A DNA stretch of 56,676 nt from Patescibacteria group bacterium (GTDB taxonomy: Bacteria > Patescibacteriota > JACMRA01). A program made the position numbers and the translations under genes. Numbering within the stretch: position 1 is the stretch's first letter; each line of letters begins with the position of its first letter. The DNA lies in assembly GCA_038751365.1 (NCBI GenBank), contig JBCDGH010000003.1, positions 1-56,676 on the forward strand, given 5' to 3'. A model generated the notes under the pieces. It worked only from the letters and a program-made list of their open reading frames with translations. It did no database searches and had not been told where the DNA came from. Shown here in pieces: positions 31,770-41,047 of the stretch.

Positions 31770-31974
31770 GCTTTTAAGGATTTTAGGCGAACCTTTGATA
31801 TACTAATTCACACTCTTAACCTTCACAACTAATACTTTTAATAAGTAAGTAACTCATTTAAAGTCTAGTTTAGATGAAAGTTTATGTAAGTAAATATGGG
31901 TATGGTTATCATTAATTTTGTATGACTATTAGCGAACTTGTCAAAAGTACAAATTTAATTTGTTAATTAAGTAT

Positions 31975-32595
31975 ATGAATAACAACTCAACTCAAAGCCA
32001 TCGAGAGCAGACATTTGTAATGATAAAGCCAGACGGTGTGCAAAGAAATTTAGTCGGTGAAATAATTCGAAGGTTTGAAGTTACTGGGTTAAAACTAGTA
32101 GCAATCAAAATGCAAGTACCTGAGAGAGAGAAATTATCACAGCATTATTCTAAATCAGATCAATGGTATGAAGAGAAAGGTGGTAAAGTGGTTGACAATC
32201 TAAAATCAAATGGAATTGAGCCAGAAAAACCAGCTATCGAATATGGTAAAGATATAGTTAGAGCACTTCTTGACTATATGTCTGCTGGACCAGCAATATT
32301 AATGATTTGGGAAGGAAACAAAGCCATGTCTATAGTGAAGAAACTGGTAGGTGGTACTGAACCCCTAACTTCTGACATAGGTACATTAAGAGGTGACTAT
32401 ACTCTTGATACCTACGAAAAAGCTAATGAAGATGGTAGAGCTGTGAGAAACTTAATGCACTGCACAGACCCTGCAGATGGTGAGTCTGAGGCAAAAAGAG
32501 AGATAGGTATTTGGTTTACAAACAATGAAATTATAAATTACCGCCATATTCAAGAGGCGGTACTTTACGATCCAACTATCAGTGGAATTGTTTAA
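31975..32595 (+). CDS. ndk: nucleoside diphosphate kinase
   Basis: TFVMIKPDGVQR, GTLRGDY, RNLMHCTD (catalytic His). Confidence 0.96.
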   Translation: MNNNSTQSHREQTFVMIKPDGVQRNLVGEIIRRFEVTGLKLVAIKMQVPEREKLSQHYSKSDQWYEEKGGKVVDNLKSNGIEPEKPAIEYGKDIVRALLDYMSAGPAILMIWEGNKAMSIVKKLVGGTEPLTSDIGTLRGDYTLDTYEKANEDGRAVRNLMHCTDPADGESEAKREIGIWFTNNEIINYRHIQEAVLYDPTISGIV

Positions 32596-32599
32596 TAAA

Positions 32600-33214
32600 T
32601 TATTTACATCCCCACTGCCAAGCTTGCCCATTAGCAAACATCTTAGCCGTTACCTCAATTTGATGATATGGGTTATTAATATTTGCACTCGGGATGAATT
32701 TTGCGTTAGCATAAAAGGTACTGGATAAGAATTGAAATAACCCAATATAAGGACCTGCAGGGTTAATAGCATTACTTCTACCACCACTTTCACAATACAT
32801 TATTCTTATAAGCTGAGAAGGATTACAACCATACTGTGAACACTTCTGGGTTATGAAAGTCTCAAAGTCTGGTAGGTTTTCAGCTGGTGGTGCAGTGGTT
32901 ACTTTGTTAACTACTGGATTTTGCTTTGTCGATGGTAATGCTCTAGGTTCACTAACCAACGCAGGCACCGGTTTTTTCTTTTCGAGATCTTTAAGAATGC
33001 TATACTGGAAATTACCTAGGTCACCACTCTGTAATATAGGCTCTGTAACTTCATCTTTAGATCTAAGACTACTTTCGATCACGCTCAGAGTCTCCTCAAG
33101 CAAATAGTTGTTCTGCTCTGATTCTTGTCTGATAGTAGGATAAAGATTACCAGGAATAGCTCCTGGATTAAATCCTAATAATGATAAACTAAGTATTAGA
33201 TTAACTAGCAGCAT
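32600..33214 (-). CDS. secreted lysozyme-like / transglycosylase SLT domain protein
   Basis: signal peptide; IMYCESGG, YIGLFQF, terminal WGC. Confidence 0.8.
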   Translation of the reverse strand: MLLVNLILSLSLLGFNPGAIPGNLYPTIRQESEQNNYLLEETLSVIESSLRSKDEVTEPILQSGDLGNFQYSILKDLEKKKPVPALVSEPRALPSTKQNPVVNKVTTAPPAENLPDFETFITQKCSQYGCNPSQLIRIMYCESGGRSNAINPAGPYIGLFQFLSSTFYANAKFIPSANINNPYHQIEVTAKMFANGQAWQWGCK

Positions 33215-33301
33215 ATAATCTGTTGGAGGCTATCCAACTATACAAAAAGCCGTTACTGACATAGTATACGCTAAAAACTACTTGTTGTAAAGAAAATTTG
33301 A

Positions 33302-34217
33302 GAACCTGTAGAAATACTTTTACTTAACAAAATAGTAAGTACCAGCTACTTAGCTGGTTGTATGACACAAACTAATTTAACTGGTACCCAGTTTAGACTG
33401 ATACTACCGTACTTACCTAAAGTCAAATCAACTAAACCCAGAAAATACTCACAACATAGTTTATTAAATGGAATTATTTATGTTCTAATAACTGGTTGCC
33501 AGTGGAGAATGTTACCCCCTAGACACTTTCCTAATTGGCACAGTTGCTACAAATATTACAGAAAACTTGTATGTGGTAAGTTTTTTTGATTTGATCCTTC
33601 ATAAACTTAATCTAAAGTCTTGGAATAAAGTGTTTAGATACGACTCTAAACAACAGTTAGATCATATTCTAATTACAGATTCTCAAAGTGTTAAATCTAC
33701 TGAATACGTAAATCGTAAAAGTGTAAGTTTTGATGGTCATAAACATGTAAAAGGTGTTAAAAGATTTACTTTGGTAGATATCTTCGGGAACCTATGGGCT
33801 ATAGCTACTTTACCAGCTAATGTGAATGATAAAGATACTCTTAGGCACTTAGTTAATAAGTATCAGCATATACTGCCTAAACAATTTAAATCGATTCTAG
33901 CTGATAAAGGTTATGAATCTAAGTTTTTGGCTAATGATTTAAATAAAAAACACTATACGTTATACGCTATGAGAAGTACTAGTAGATTTAAAAAACAGAC
34001 TAAGTGGGACTATGAACAAATTAATCTTCATAACTATCTTAACAAACAAATATCAAGATTTAGATACGTGGTAGAAAGAACCTTTGCCTGGCTTAATAAA
34101 TGTAGAAGATTAATTGTTAATTATGAGCGTAAATCAAGAAATCACGAAGGTTTTGTCAAACTAGCTATGATAAGACTCCTAGTCAGGAGAATGGGGTGAG
34201 AGATTTTCTACAGGTTC
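33302..34217 (+). mobile_element. IS5-family insertion sequence (916 bp)
   Basis: terminal inverted repeats GAACCTGTAGAAA / TTTCTACAGGTTC, flanked by a 3-bp target duplication TGA (33299-33301 and 34218-34220). Confidence 0.92.
33362..34199 (+). CDS. IS5-family DDE transposase split into two ORFs (33362..33589 and 33567..34199) by a +1 frame change at a T7 run
   Basis: TGCQWRMLP in ORF1; TDSQSVK, DGHKHVKGVKR, ADKGY, RYVVERTFAWL in ORF2. Confidence 0.88.
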
Positions 34218-34220
34218 TGA

Positions 34221-34500
34221 AAACCAGTGTATAACTTGTACTAAAATTGTGCAATACTTGAGAATATCTAAGAAGATAAAATAATACCAGTGTGCAAAAG
34301 TAAATTATCCACATTTTATCTAGTGGTAATTTCCACATACATAATAGATATTTAAAACTGTTAGTAAAGCAAATCTTATAGTTTTCCCCAGATTTTACCA
34401 AGATTATTATACTTTTCTTTTGTACTAAATAGTTAATATAATCAATTGACAATATTGTTTTTTTAGAGCAATGATTAGATATTAATTTAATACTTTGAAT
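34221..34500. other. candidate replication origin (oriC)
   Basis: DnaA boxes AGTGTATAA 34226, TGTGCAAAA 34291, TTATCCACA 34305, ATTTCCACA 34329, TTTTCCCCA 34382; AT-rich; GC skew changes sign around here. Confidence 0.6.
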
Positions 34501-34506
34501 AGTTAT

Positions 34507-35643
34507 ATGGCTAAAAAGAATACACAGCAAAATCTAATTCCTGAGTCACTAGATGATAAAAAAAAGATGGCAGAAATGATAGTTTCTCAGATAAAAACTT
34601 CTTTTGGTCAAGGTGCAATAATGAAAATGAACGAAATTACTAATCCAGATGTGGAAGTAGTTTCTACAGGTTCTTTGTCTGTTGATTTAGCTACTGGTAT
34701 TGGAGGTTTGCCCAAAGGTAGAGTGGTAGAAATATACGGTCCCGAGGCTAGTGGAAAGACTAGTCTAGCTCTATCTACAATTGCGCAGGTGCAAAAAGAG
34801 GGTGGCATTGCTGCTTTTATAGATGCTGAGCATGCTTTAGACCCTGCTAGGGCTGTAGCTTTTGGAGTTAATCTAAATGATCTTTATCTCTCTCAGCCTA
34901 ATAATGGAGAAGAAGCACTCGAAATAGTAGATAATCTAGTTAGATCTAATGCTTTTGACATTATTGTGGTTGATTCAGTAGCAGCTCTAGTTCCTAGAAG
35001 TGAGATTGAAGGTAATATGGGAGATTCCTCTATGGGTGTTCAAGCAAGGCTAATGAGTCAAGCTTTAAGAAAATTAACTGGAGTGATTTCTAAATCTAAC
35101 ACTGTAGTAGTTTTCATCAATCAGATTCGTTTAAAAATCGGGGTAATGTTTGGTAACCCTGAAACAACTACTGGTGGGCAAGCTCTAAAGTTTTACGCTT
35201 CACAGAGATTTGATGTCAGGAAGGTTGGTAATTTAACTTCAAATGGGGAGAATATAGGTGTCAGGGTAAGAGTAAAGGTAGTGAAAAATAAAATGGCAGC
35301 ACCGTTCAAAACAGTTGAATTTGATATGATAAACAGTGAGCCAGGTATATTTTCTCTCGCAGGTGAAATAGTGGATATTGGAACAAATTACAATGTTGTA
35401 ACGAAGACAGGTAATACTTACTCTTTTAACTCAACAAAAGAGGGTTTAGTTAAGCTGGGTGTAGGTCGTGAAAATGCTAAAAAATTCCTATATGAAAGAA
35501 AAGATTTGATTAAAGAGGCTAAAGATTTAATCTTAAAAGAATTTAAAAAAAGACTGAAAGATGGATATGCAAATGTTGCAAAGGTTGATGAGCAGCAGAG
35601 TGATAAGACTGACAAGACAGAAAAAGATCAGGCTAGAGACTAA
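34507..35643 (+). CDS. recA: recombinase RecA
   Basis: [56 protein letters not shown]. Confidence 0.99.
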   Translation: MAKKNTQQNLIPESLDDKKKMAEMIVSQIKTSFGQGAIMKMNEITNPDVEVVSTGSLSVDLATGIGGLPKGRVVEIYGPEASGKTSLALSTIAQVQKEGGIAAFIDAEHALDPARAVAFGVNLNDLYLSQPNNGEEALEIVDNLVRSNAFDIIVVDSVAALVPRSEIEGNMGDSSMGVQARLMSQALRKLTGVISKSNTVVVFINQIRLKIGVMFGNPETTTGGQALKFYASQRFDVRKVGNLTSNGENIGVRVRVKVVKNKMAAPFKTVEFDMINSEPGIFSLAGEIVDIGTNYNVVTKTGNTYSFNSTKEGLVKLGVGRENAKKFLYERKDLIKEAKDLILKEFKKRLKDGYANVAKVDEQQSDKTDKTEKDQARD

Positions 35644-35732
35644 ATAGTCACAAAAATCAACGAATTGTTTGACAAACAGGTCTAAATTTATTTTGATTAG
35701 TCTGATTATTGTCACAAAAATGACAAAATAAA

Positions 35733-35818
35733 CCGGAGTTGGCCGAGCGGTCAATGGCAGCAGACTGTAAATCTGTCGGGGCAACCCTACCCAAGTTCGA
35801 ATCTTGGACTCCGGACCA
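35733..35818 (+). tRNA. tRNA-Tyr(GTA) with C1:G72 and a long variable arm
   Basis: CCGGAGT...CAGACTGTAAATCTG...ACTCCGG-A-CCA. Confidence 0.95.
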
Positions 35819-35819
35819 A

Positions 35820-35894
35820 GCGGGATTTGTATAGTGGTTATTACCTCAGGTTTCCAACCTGAAGAGAGGGGTCCGATTCCCCTATCCCGCTCCA
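35820..35894 (+). tRNA. tRNA-Gly(TCC)
   Basis: GCGGGAT...TCAGGTTTCCAACCTGA...ATCCCGC-T-CCA. Confidence 0.92.
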
Positions 35895-35928
35895 CAATAA
35901 AAATATTCCAAAATTAAATTTTTTTGTC

Positions 35929-36501
35929 ATGACAAATGATAAAGGTAACGCTCCTCATTCAGATACTTCAAATAATAACTTAGATGAAAACCTCGAAAGT
36001 GCAGTCGGAGTTGAGGCTCAAGACGAAGAATCTCCCTCAGTACCTGAAGCTTTTAATTTAAAAGTTATCCAAGCAGAACTAGAAGACTGGAAAGAAAAAT
36101 CTTTACGCCTTGCTGCTGACTTACAAAACCTTAATAAACAACATGAGTTAGATATACAGCAGGTCAAAAAAAGTACAAAAAAAACTATTCTAATGCCTGT
36201 AGTCTCGTTTATTGGAGTTTTAAATTTAGCTTTCACATTCACACCAGAGACTAAAGATGATAAAACTACTAAATTTATTGATACTCTAAAATCTAGTCTA
36301 CAGAAGGTTATTGATGATTTTAAGACATATGGTGTAGAGGTTATTATTCCTGAGGTCGGTGAAGAATTTAATGCTGAGTACATGAATATTCTGAATCCAA
36401 ATAGCGTGGATCAAGATCAGCAAGTACTGGTTAAACAAATTGTGAGCTGTGGTTTGAAGATAGATAATCAACTTATTCAACCTGTAAGTATAATGGTCTA
36501 A
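35929..36501 (+). CDS. grpE: nucleotide exchange factor GrpE
   Basis: WKEKSLRLAADLQN coiled coil, GEEFNAEY, GLKIDNQLIQPVSIMV. Confidence 0.85.
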   Translation: MTNDKGNAPHSDTSNNNLDENLESAVGVEAQDEESPSVPEAFNLKVIQAELEDWKEKSLRLAADLQNLNKQHELDIQQVKKSTKKTILMPVVSFIGVLNLAFTFTPETKDDKTTKFIDTLKSSLQKVIDDFKTYGVEVIIPEVGEEFNAEYMNILNPNSVDQDQQVLVKQIVSCGLKIDNQLIQPVSIMV

Positions 36502-36535
36502 TCTAGGAGTCTAGCTTTAGCAATAAAATAACTGG

Positions 36536-37807
36536 CTAGTATAATTCATTGGAATCGTCACTTGACTCCAGTTTCTTAACAGTATTTTGAACAATATTTA
36601 GATTTCTATCGGCACTATCGTAGTTTAGTTGGGCTTGCCTCATCTTATCTCCTAATTTTCTAAACTCGTCTTGGAATACTCTTATGTGATCCTTTATTTT
36701 GCTAAGACCTTCAATAATTTGTTCAGCGTTTTGATTTACATTATGTTTAAACTGGTAAGTTTGAATTAGTATGATCAGAGGGAATAAAGTAATGGGGGAT
36801 ACTGGAGAAACTTTTAACTTTTGCATTGCTGAAACTAAGTCTTCGTTGTTTACAACTTCGCTGTACATAGAATCACTAGGAAAATACATTAATAGATGAT
36901 CTACAAAACCAGGTTTGTTGTATTTCTTGTTAATACTTTGAGCCATTTCAAGCACAGACTTGTGAAAGATCTTCAACATTTGATTCCTTGACTCAGCCGG
37001 CGATTCTAGATAATCATTGAATTTTGTTACTGGGAATTTGCAGTCAATACCAATGTTCTTACTATCAAGTTTTACTATAAAGTCAATTTTATCTGAGGTA
37101 TTTGGCAGTTGAACCTGTTTTTTCCAACTATTTGCATGTAGGTTTTCATTTAGAATAGATTCTAGATATCTCTCACCAAAATCTCCGAAAGCTTTGGAGC
37201 TAGTGCGGCTAAAGATGCTATTTAGTTTCTCAATAGAGGTTGTTGAGTCAATCATTCTACTGGCAGTAGCTTTCATTTCACCTAAATTTTTAGTGACTTC
37301 TTCGAAAGATTTTAAATGTTGTGCAAAGTTGTCGCTGAGCCTTTTTTGGACATCTTGGTTTATTTGATCTAATTTTGCTTGGTTGGTTTTGCTAAGCAAA
37401 TCAAAATTTTTAGATGTAGATTCGTGTAGCTTCTCCAGTTCGGATTTATTAAGTTGAGATAGGTTTAAAATAGCACTTTGTAGCCTTTCGTGTATAGAAT
37501 TTTGAGTTTTTTCTAAACCAGAGTTTAAGCTAGTCTGAATACTAATTTGCATCTGACTAAATCTATGTTCAAGTTTTAGTTGATTTTCTCCTAGTTCTTT
37601 ACTTTGTTTATAGTTTAGGTCGTTTATATATTCAAGTATATGTGAGATGTTTTTAGTCTGGGCATTACCTAGTTCATATACAATTTGGTTGACCACCTCT
37701 TGATTATTACTATTAGAGTAATTTGAGCTATGCTCTTTATTCAAGATAAACAAAATAACTAATACTCCTATGAATGACAATAAGTTAACTACTAAAGAAA
37801 GTTCCAT
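36536..37807 (-). CDS. rmuC: DNA recombination protein RmuC
   Basis: N-terminal TM and coiled coil; GDFGERYLESIL, DFIVKL, IDCKFP, MYFPSDSMY, SPITL. Confidence 0.9.
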   Translation of the reverse strand: MELSLVVNLLSFIGVLVILFILNKEHSSNYSNSNNQEVVNQIVYELGNAQTKNISHILEYINDLNYKQSKELGENQLKLEHRFSQMQISIQTSLNSGLEKTQNSIHERLQSAILNLSQLNKSELEKLHESTSKNFDLLSKTNQAKLDQINQDVQKRLSDNFAQHLKSFEEVTKNLGEMKATASRMIDSTTSIEKLNSIFSRTSSKAFGDFGERYLESILNENLHANSWKKQVQLPNTSDKIDFIVKLDSKNIGIDCKFPVTKFNDYLESPAESRNQMLKIFHKSVLEMAQSINKKYNKPGFVDHLLMYFPSDSMYSEVVNNEDLVSAMQKLKVSPVSPITLFPLIILIQTYQFKHNVNQNAEQIIEGLSKIKDHIRVFQDEFRKLGDKMRQAQLNYDSADRNLNIVQNTVKKLESSDDSNELY

Positions 37808-38198
37808 AATCTTTTACTTAGATAGTAATCTAAAGGTTTATAGGTTAGACCTTGTCAATTCAGAATTAAAGCTAATTGATCGTTTAGAAAAATTGAATGG
37901 TAGACTTGATTTATCTAGTAGGTTTGATAGCTTTTGGAAAGAGTTATATGCGGCGAATCTCTTAGAGAGTTCTAGCATAGCTTTTATCATCGGAAATAGA
38001 GCTGGCTTTAATGATACGAGAATAATATATATTTGGTTAAAATCGCATATGATGTTTAATAATACTTCTATCAAAACTAAAAGAGTGGATAATAAATTGA
38101 GCCAAGATGAGGTTTTGCAAGCATTGCTATCTTCTAATAGTGATTTTGTTAACATTGACCATTTATCATACAGTCACGAACCAAGAATAGGAAAATAA
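37770..38198 (+). CDS. tsaB: short TsaB-like protein (t6A pathway)
   Basis: IIFYLDS, IAFIIGNRAGFNDTRI (cf. GPGSFTGLRI), C-terminal YSHEPRIG as in short CPR TsaB; start codon uncertain. Confidence 0.55.
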   Translation: MNDNKLTTKESSIIFYLDSNLKVYRLDLVNSELKLIDRLEKLNGRLDLSSRFDSFWKELYAANLLESSSIAFIIGNRAGFNDTRIIYIWLKSHMMFNNTSIKTKRVDNKLSQDEVLQALLSSNSDFVNIDHLSYSHEPRIGK

Positions 38199-38282
38199 AA
38201 ACGAAACCCATCTAATCTTGACAAAAGAGTGATTATTAACAAATTTTACATTATTAAGTTTCCTTTTACTATCATCTAAAAT

Positions 38283-38816
38283 ATGGCTATTACTCGCAGA
38301 AGAAAAGAACAAATCTATAACGAACTTAAGGATTCTATAGCCTCTCAAAAAGCTATTTTAGTACTTACTACTAAGGGTTCTGAAGTTAGCTTGAGCTCAG
38401 AGCTAAGCACAGCATTTAGAAAAGACTCAAGAAAATCAGGGATAGTGATACAGGTGATTAAGAATACTTTGGTTAATAAAGTTTTTGACTCATTACCAAA
38501 ACTGGATGGTCAAACATATATTGCTTATTTAGAAAAAAACCTAGAAAGTGATGAAATAAAAGTCCCAAAGGGTGTTGTAGGTCTAGTTGATTCTGAGTAC
38601 AAGGATAAATTTCAGGTTGTAGGATCCATCATTAATGGAGAATTTTATGACTCAGCTAGAACACACCAATTATCTAAGACTCCATCCTTAGAAGAGTCTA
38701 TGAGTATGGTAGCAGGTAGTATAAATCAATTGAGTACTATGATGGCTGTAAGTATTAAAGAGATTCCCGCAAGTGTAGGTAGGGGAGTATGCGAGATCCA
38801 GAAAACTATTTCTTGA
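38283..38816 (+). CDS. rplJ: 50S ribosomal protein L10
   Basis: MAITRRRKE, VIKNTL, LSKTPS; upstream of L7/L12. Confidence 0.9.
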   Translation: MAITRRRKEQIYNELKDSIASQKAILVLTTKGSEVSLSSELSTAFRKDSRKSGIVIQVIKNTLVNKVFDSLPKLDGQTYIAYLEKNLESDEIKVPKGVVGLVDSEYKDKFQVVGSIINGEFYDSARTHQLSKTPSLEESMSMVAGSINQLSTMMAVSIKEIPASVGRGVCEIQKTIS

Positions 38817-38914
38817 CAAAATACCTAGATTTCGGTTATATATTTATGTTAGTTAGGTTTTTTTGTTCATATTAGTCTAGAACCACTACAAATTATCCTA
38901 GTATTATATCAATT

Positions 38915-39292
38915 ATGTCTAAAGTACAATCAATTATCGACGATTTAAAAAAACTTAGTTTAATCGAAGCTTCCGAGCTGGTTAAATCTATAGAAGAAAC
39001 TTTTGGAGTTAGTGCTTCAGCACCAGTCGCAGTTGCAGCTCCAGCAGCAGGCGCAGCAGCAGAGGCAGTAGAAGAGAAAACATCTTTCACTGTAAAAGTT
39101 ACTGAAGTACCAGCAGACAAAAAGATTGCTGTTATAAAGGTAGCAAAATCAATTTTAAACGTAGGGTTGGCAGAAGCTAAAACTAAAGTCGAGTCAGCAC
39201 CTTTCGTACTACTTGAAGATGTAGACAAAGATGAAGCGACAAAAGTAAAGGATGATTTAGTTGCTGCAGGGGCAAGCGTATCTCTTGAATAA
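38915..39292 (+). CDS. rplL: 50S ribosomal protein L7/L12
   Basis: EETFGVSASAPVA, EEKTSF, KIAVIK, GLAEAK, AAGA. Confidence 0.97.
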   Translation: MSKVQSIIDDLKKLSLIEASELVKSIEETFGVSASAPVAVAAPAAGAAAEAVEEKTSFTVKVTEVPADKKIAVIKVAKSILNVGLAEAKTKVESAPFVLLEDVDKDEATKVKDDLVAAGASVSLE

Positions 39293-39308
39293 TAAAATTA
39301 AGTAGCAA

Positions 39309-40064
39309 ATGGACAAACAACTAAGTTTAATGAGTCTTTTCGAGGTAGGAGCTCATAGGGGGAACAAAAAGTCAAAGTTAAATCCAAAGCTAAAAGACAG
39401 AGTTTTTGGGTTTAATCAAAATCTTTGTCTCATAAATTTAGTTGAGACTAATAACTCTATTAAGTCTTGCTCGGAGTTCATGTACAAGCTTGGTCAAAAA
39501 AGGAAGCAAATTTTGCTTGTTGGAACATCTAAGCATATTAGCAATCTTACTCCTACGCTAGCTAATAGCTTTCAAAATGGGCTAATGCCTTACGTGGACA
39601 ACAGATGGCTTGGAGGTACATTAAGTAACTGGTCTACTATAAAAAAGACGCTAAAAACCTTAGAAAAACTAGAAAATATTGAGAATAACAAAGAGTTTTT
39701 TGATAAGTTAGCGCGAAATGAGCAGCTTAATATAGTTAGGAAAAGAGAAAAGATTAGTAAGCTTTTTAAAGGTTTAGTGAATCTTAAGAATAATAAGCCT
39801 GGAGCTATATTCATAATGGATGCTAATAGCAACGATATAGCTATTAAGGAGAGCGATGGAATAAATATACCTGTGATAGCACTGAGCAATACCAATACTT
39901 TATCACTACCCGAAAATCTAAAGTATACTATAGTTACTAATACAAATTCTATTAATGCTGTACAGCTTGTCTCAGAGACTTTGATTAACAGCTATAATCA
40001 AGGTTTGGTGGCAAGTACTACTCAAGTTACACAGCAACAAGATAAGGAAAAAGTTAAAGTGTAA
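39309..40064 (+). CDS. rpsB: 30S ribosomal protein S2
   Basis: GAHRG, ILLVGT, RWLGGTLSNW, IPVIAL. Confidence 0.95.
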   Translation: MDKQLSLMSLFEVGAHRGNKKSKLNPKLKDRVFGFNQNLCLINLVETNNSIKSCSEFMYKLGQKRKQILLVGTSKHISNLTPTLANSFQNGLMPYVDNRWLGGTLSNWSTIKKTLKTLEKLENIENNKEFFDKLARNEQLNIVRKREKISKLFKGLVNLKNNKPGAIFIMDANSNDIAIKESDGINIPVIALSNTNTLSLPENLKYTIVTNTNSINAVQLVSETLINSYNQGLVASTTQVTQQQDKEKVKV

Positions 40065-40074
40065 AACTACTAAT

Positions 40075-40269
40075 ATGGCTTGGCAGAAGAGTAAAATATT
40101 GTTAATTTCAGTAGAGCAAGATCCTAAAACTGGCAAAAAAGTAGTTCATAGGTATGTTGTTACTAAGTCTAAGGGTAAGGGTAAACCACAACAAGGAAAA
40201 TTAACTTTAAAGAAATATAATCCTATTTTGAGAAAGCATGTACTCTATACAGAAAGTAAGTATAAGTAG
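40075..40269 (+). CDS. rpmG: 50S ribosomal protein L33 (Zn-free type)
   Basis: KLTLKKYNPILRKHVLYTE. Confidence 0.9.
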   Translation: MAWQKSKILLISVEQDPKTGKKVVHRYVVTKSKGKGKPQQGKLTLKKYNPILRKHVLYTESKYK

Positions 40270-40292
40270 AGTTACTGTTAAAAATATTTTTT

Positions 40293-40508
40293 ATGGCTTT
40301 AAAAAAAATGAAATCTAAAACCCATAAAGGGACAGCCAAGAGAGTTAAAGTTACTAACGGAGGCAAGTTGTCTAAAGGTAAGCTTTTGACAAATAGAATT
40401 AATAAAGCACACAGAAATATTAAGAAGCAAAGAGAAAGACAGTTAAAGGCAAAAAGATCTACTGTATTGAGTGATGTTCATGATAAGCTAAAAGCTATAT
40501 TATATTAA
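40293..40508 (+). CDS. rpmI: 50S ribosomal protein L35
   Basis: KSKTHKGTAKRVKVT; upstream of L20. Confidence 0.9.
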   Translation: MALKKMKSKTHKGTAKRVKVTNGGKLSKGKLLTNRINKAHRNIKKQRERQLKAKRSTVLSDVHDKLKAILY

Positions 40509-40525
40509 AATTAGTTAAAATAACA

Positions 40526-40879
40526 ATGTCTAGAGTCAAGAAAGGTTTAAGTGCAAGAAAACATAGAAACTACTTGCTAGGAAGAGCTAAGGGCTATCTA
40601 AATGGTGCAAGTACGAAATTTAGACAAGCTAAAGAAAGGTTGCTCAAAGCTGACTCCAATGCTTACAAAAGTAGACGTCTAAGGAAAAGAGATTTTCGAA
40701 GATTGTGGATAACTAGAATAAACGGTGCTCTAGATCAAATCAATAGCGAGTTGAATTACAGTAAGTTTATATTTTTACTCAATAAGTCAGAGATTAATCT
40801 TAACAGGAAATCTGTGTCTGAAATGGCTATTAAAGATATAGAAGCTTTCAAAAAGCTCGTTGTACAACTTAGTAGCTAG
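40526..40879 (+). CDS. rplT: 50S ribosomal protein L20
   Basis: MSRVKKG, AKGY, KRDFRRLWITRIN, LNRK. Confidence 0.97.
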   Translation: MSRVKKGLSARKHRNYLLGRAKGYLNGASTKFRQAKERLLKADSNAYKSRRLRKRDFRRLWITRINGALDQINSELNYSKFIFLLNKSEINLNRKSVSEMAIKDIEAFKKLVVQLSS

Positions 40880-41047
40880 TGGTGAAATACTTTTTCATTA
40901 TATTAAATTCCCCTTGAGTCATATTACATTTGGTTTGCTAAGAATGCTAGATCTTAAGCTAGGCTTATATTCTACTACTTCCTATAAGGTTAGTTAGGTA
41001 TTTTCGTATACGTATAGACTTCTAAGTGCTATTATCCATCTCTTTAT

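Noticed and set aside
34183-34530. 115-aa minus-strand ORF upstream of recA
   Set aside because: Overlaps the IS end, the DnaA-box cluster and the recA start; the C/W/Y-rich composition is typical of translated non-coding DNA.
35533-35895. 120-aa minus-strand ORF
   Set aside because: Antisense translation of tRNA-Tyr, tRNA-Gly and the recA 3' end.
40880-41047. Possible ncRNA or DnaA-trio-like tract (TACTACTTC) between rplT and infB
   Set aside because: No adjacent good DnaA box and no clear secondary structure.
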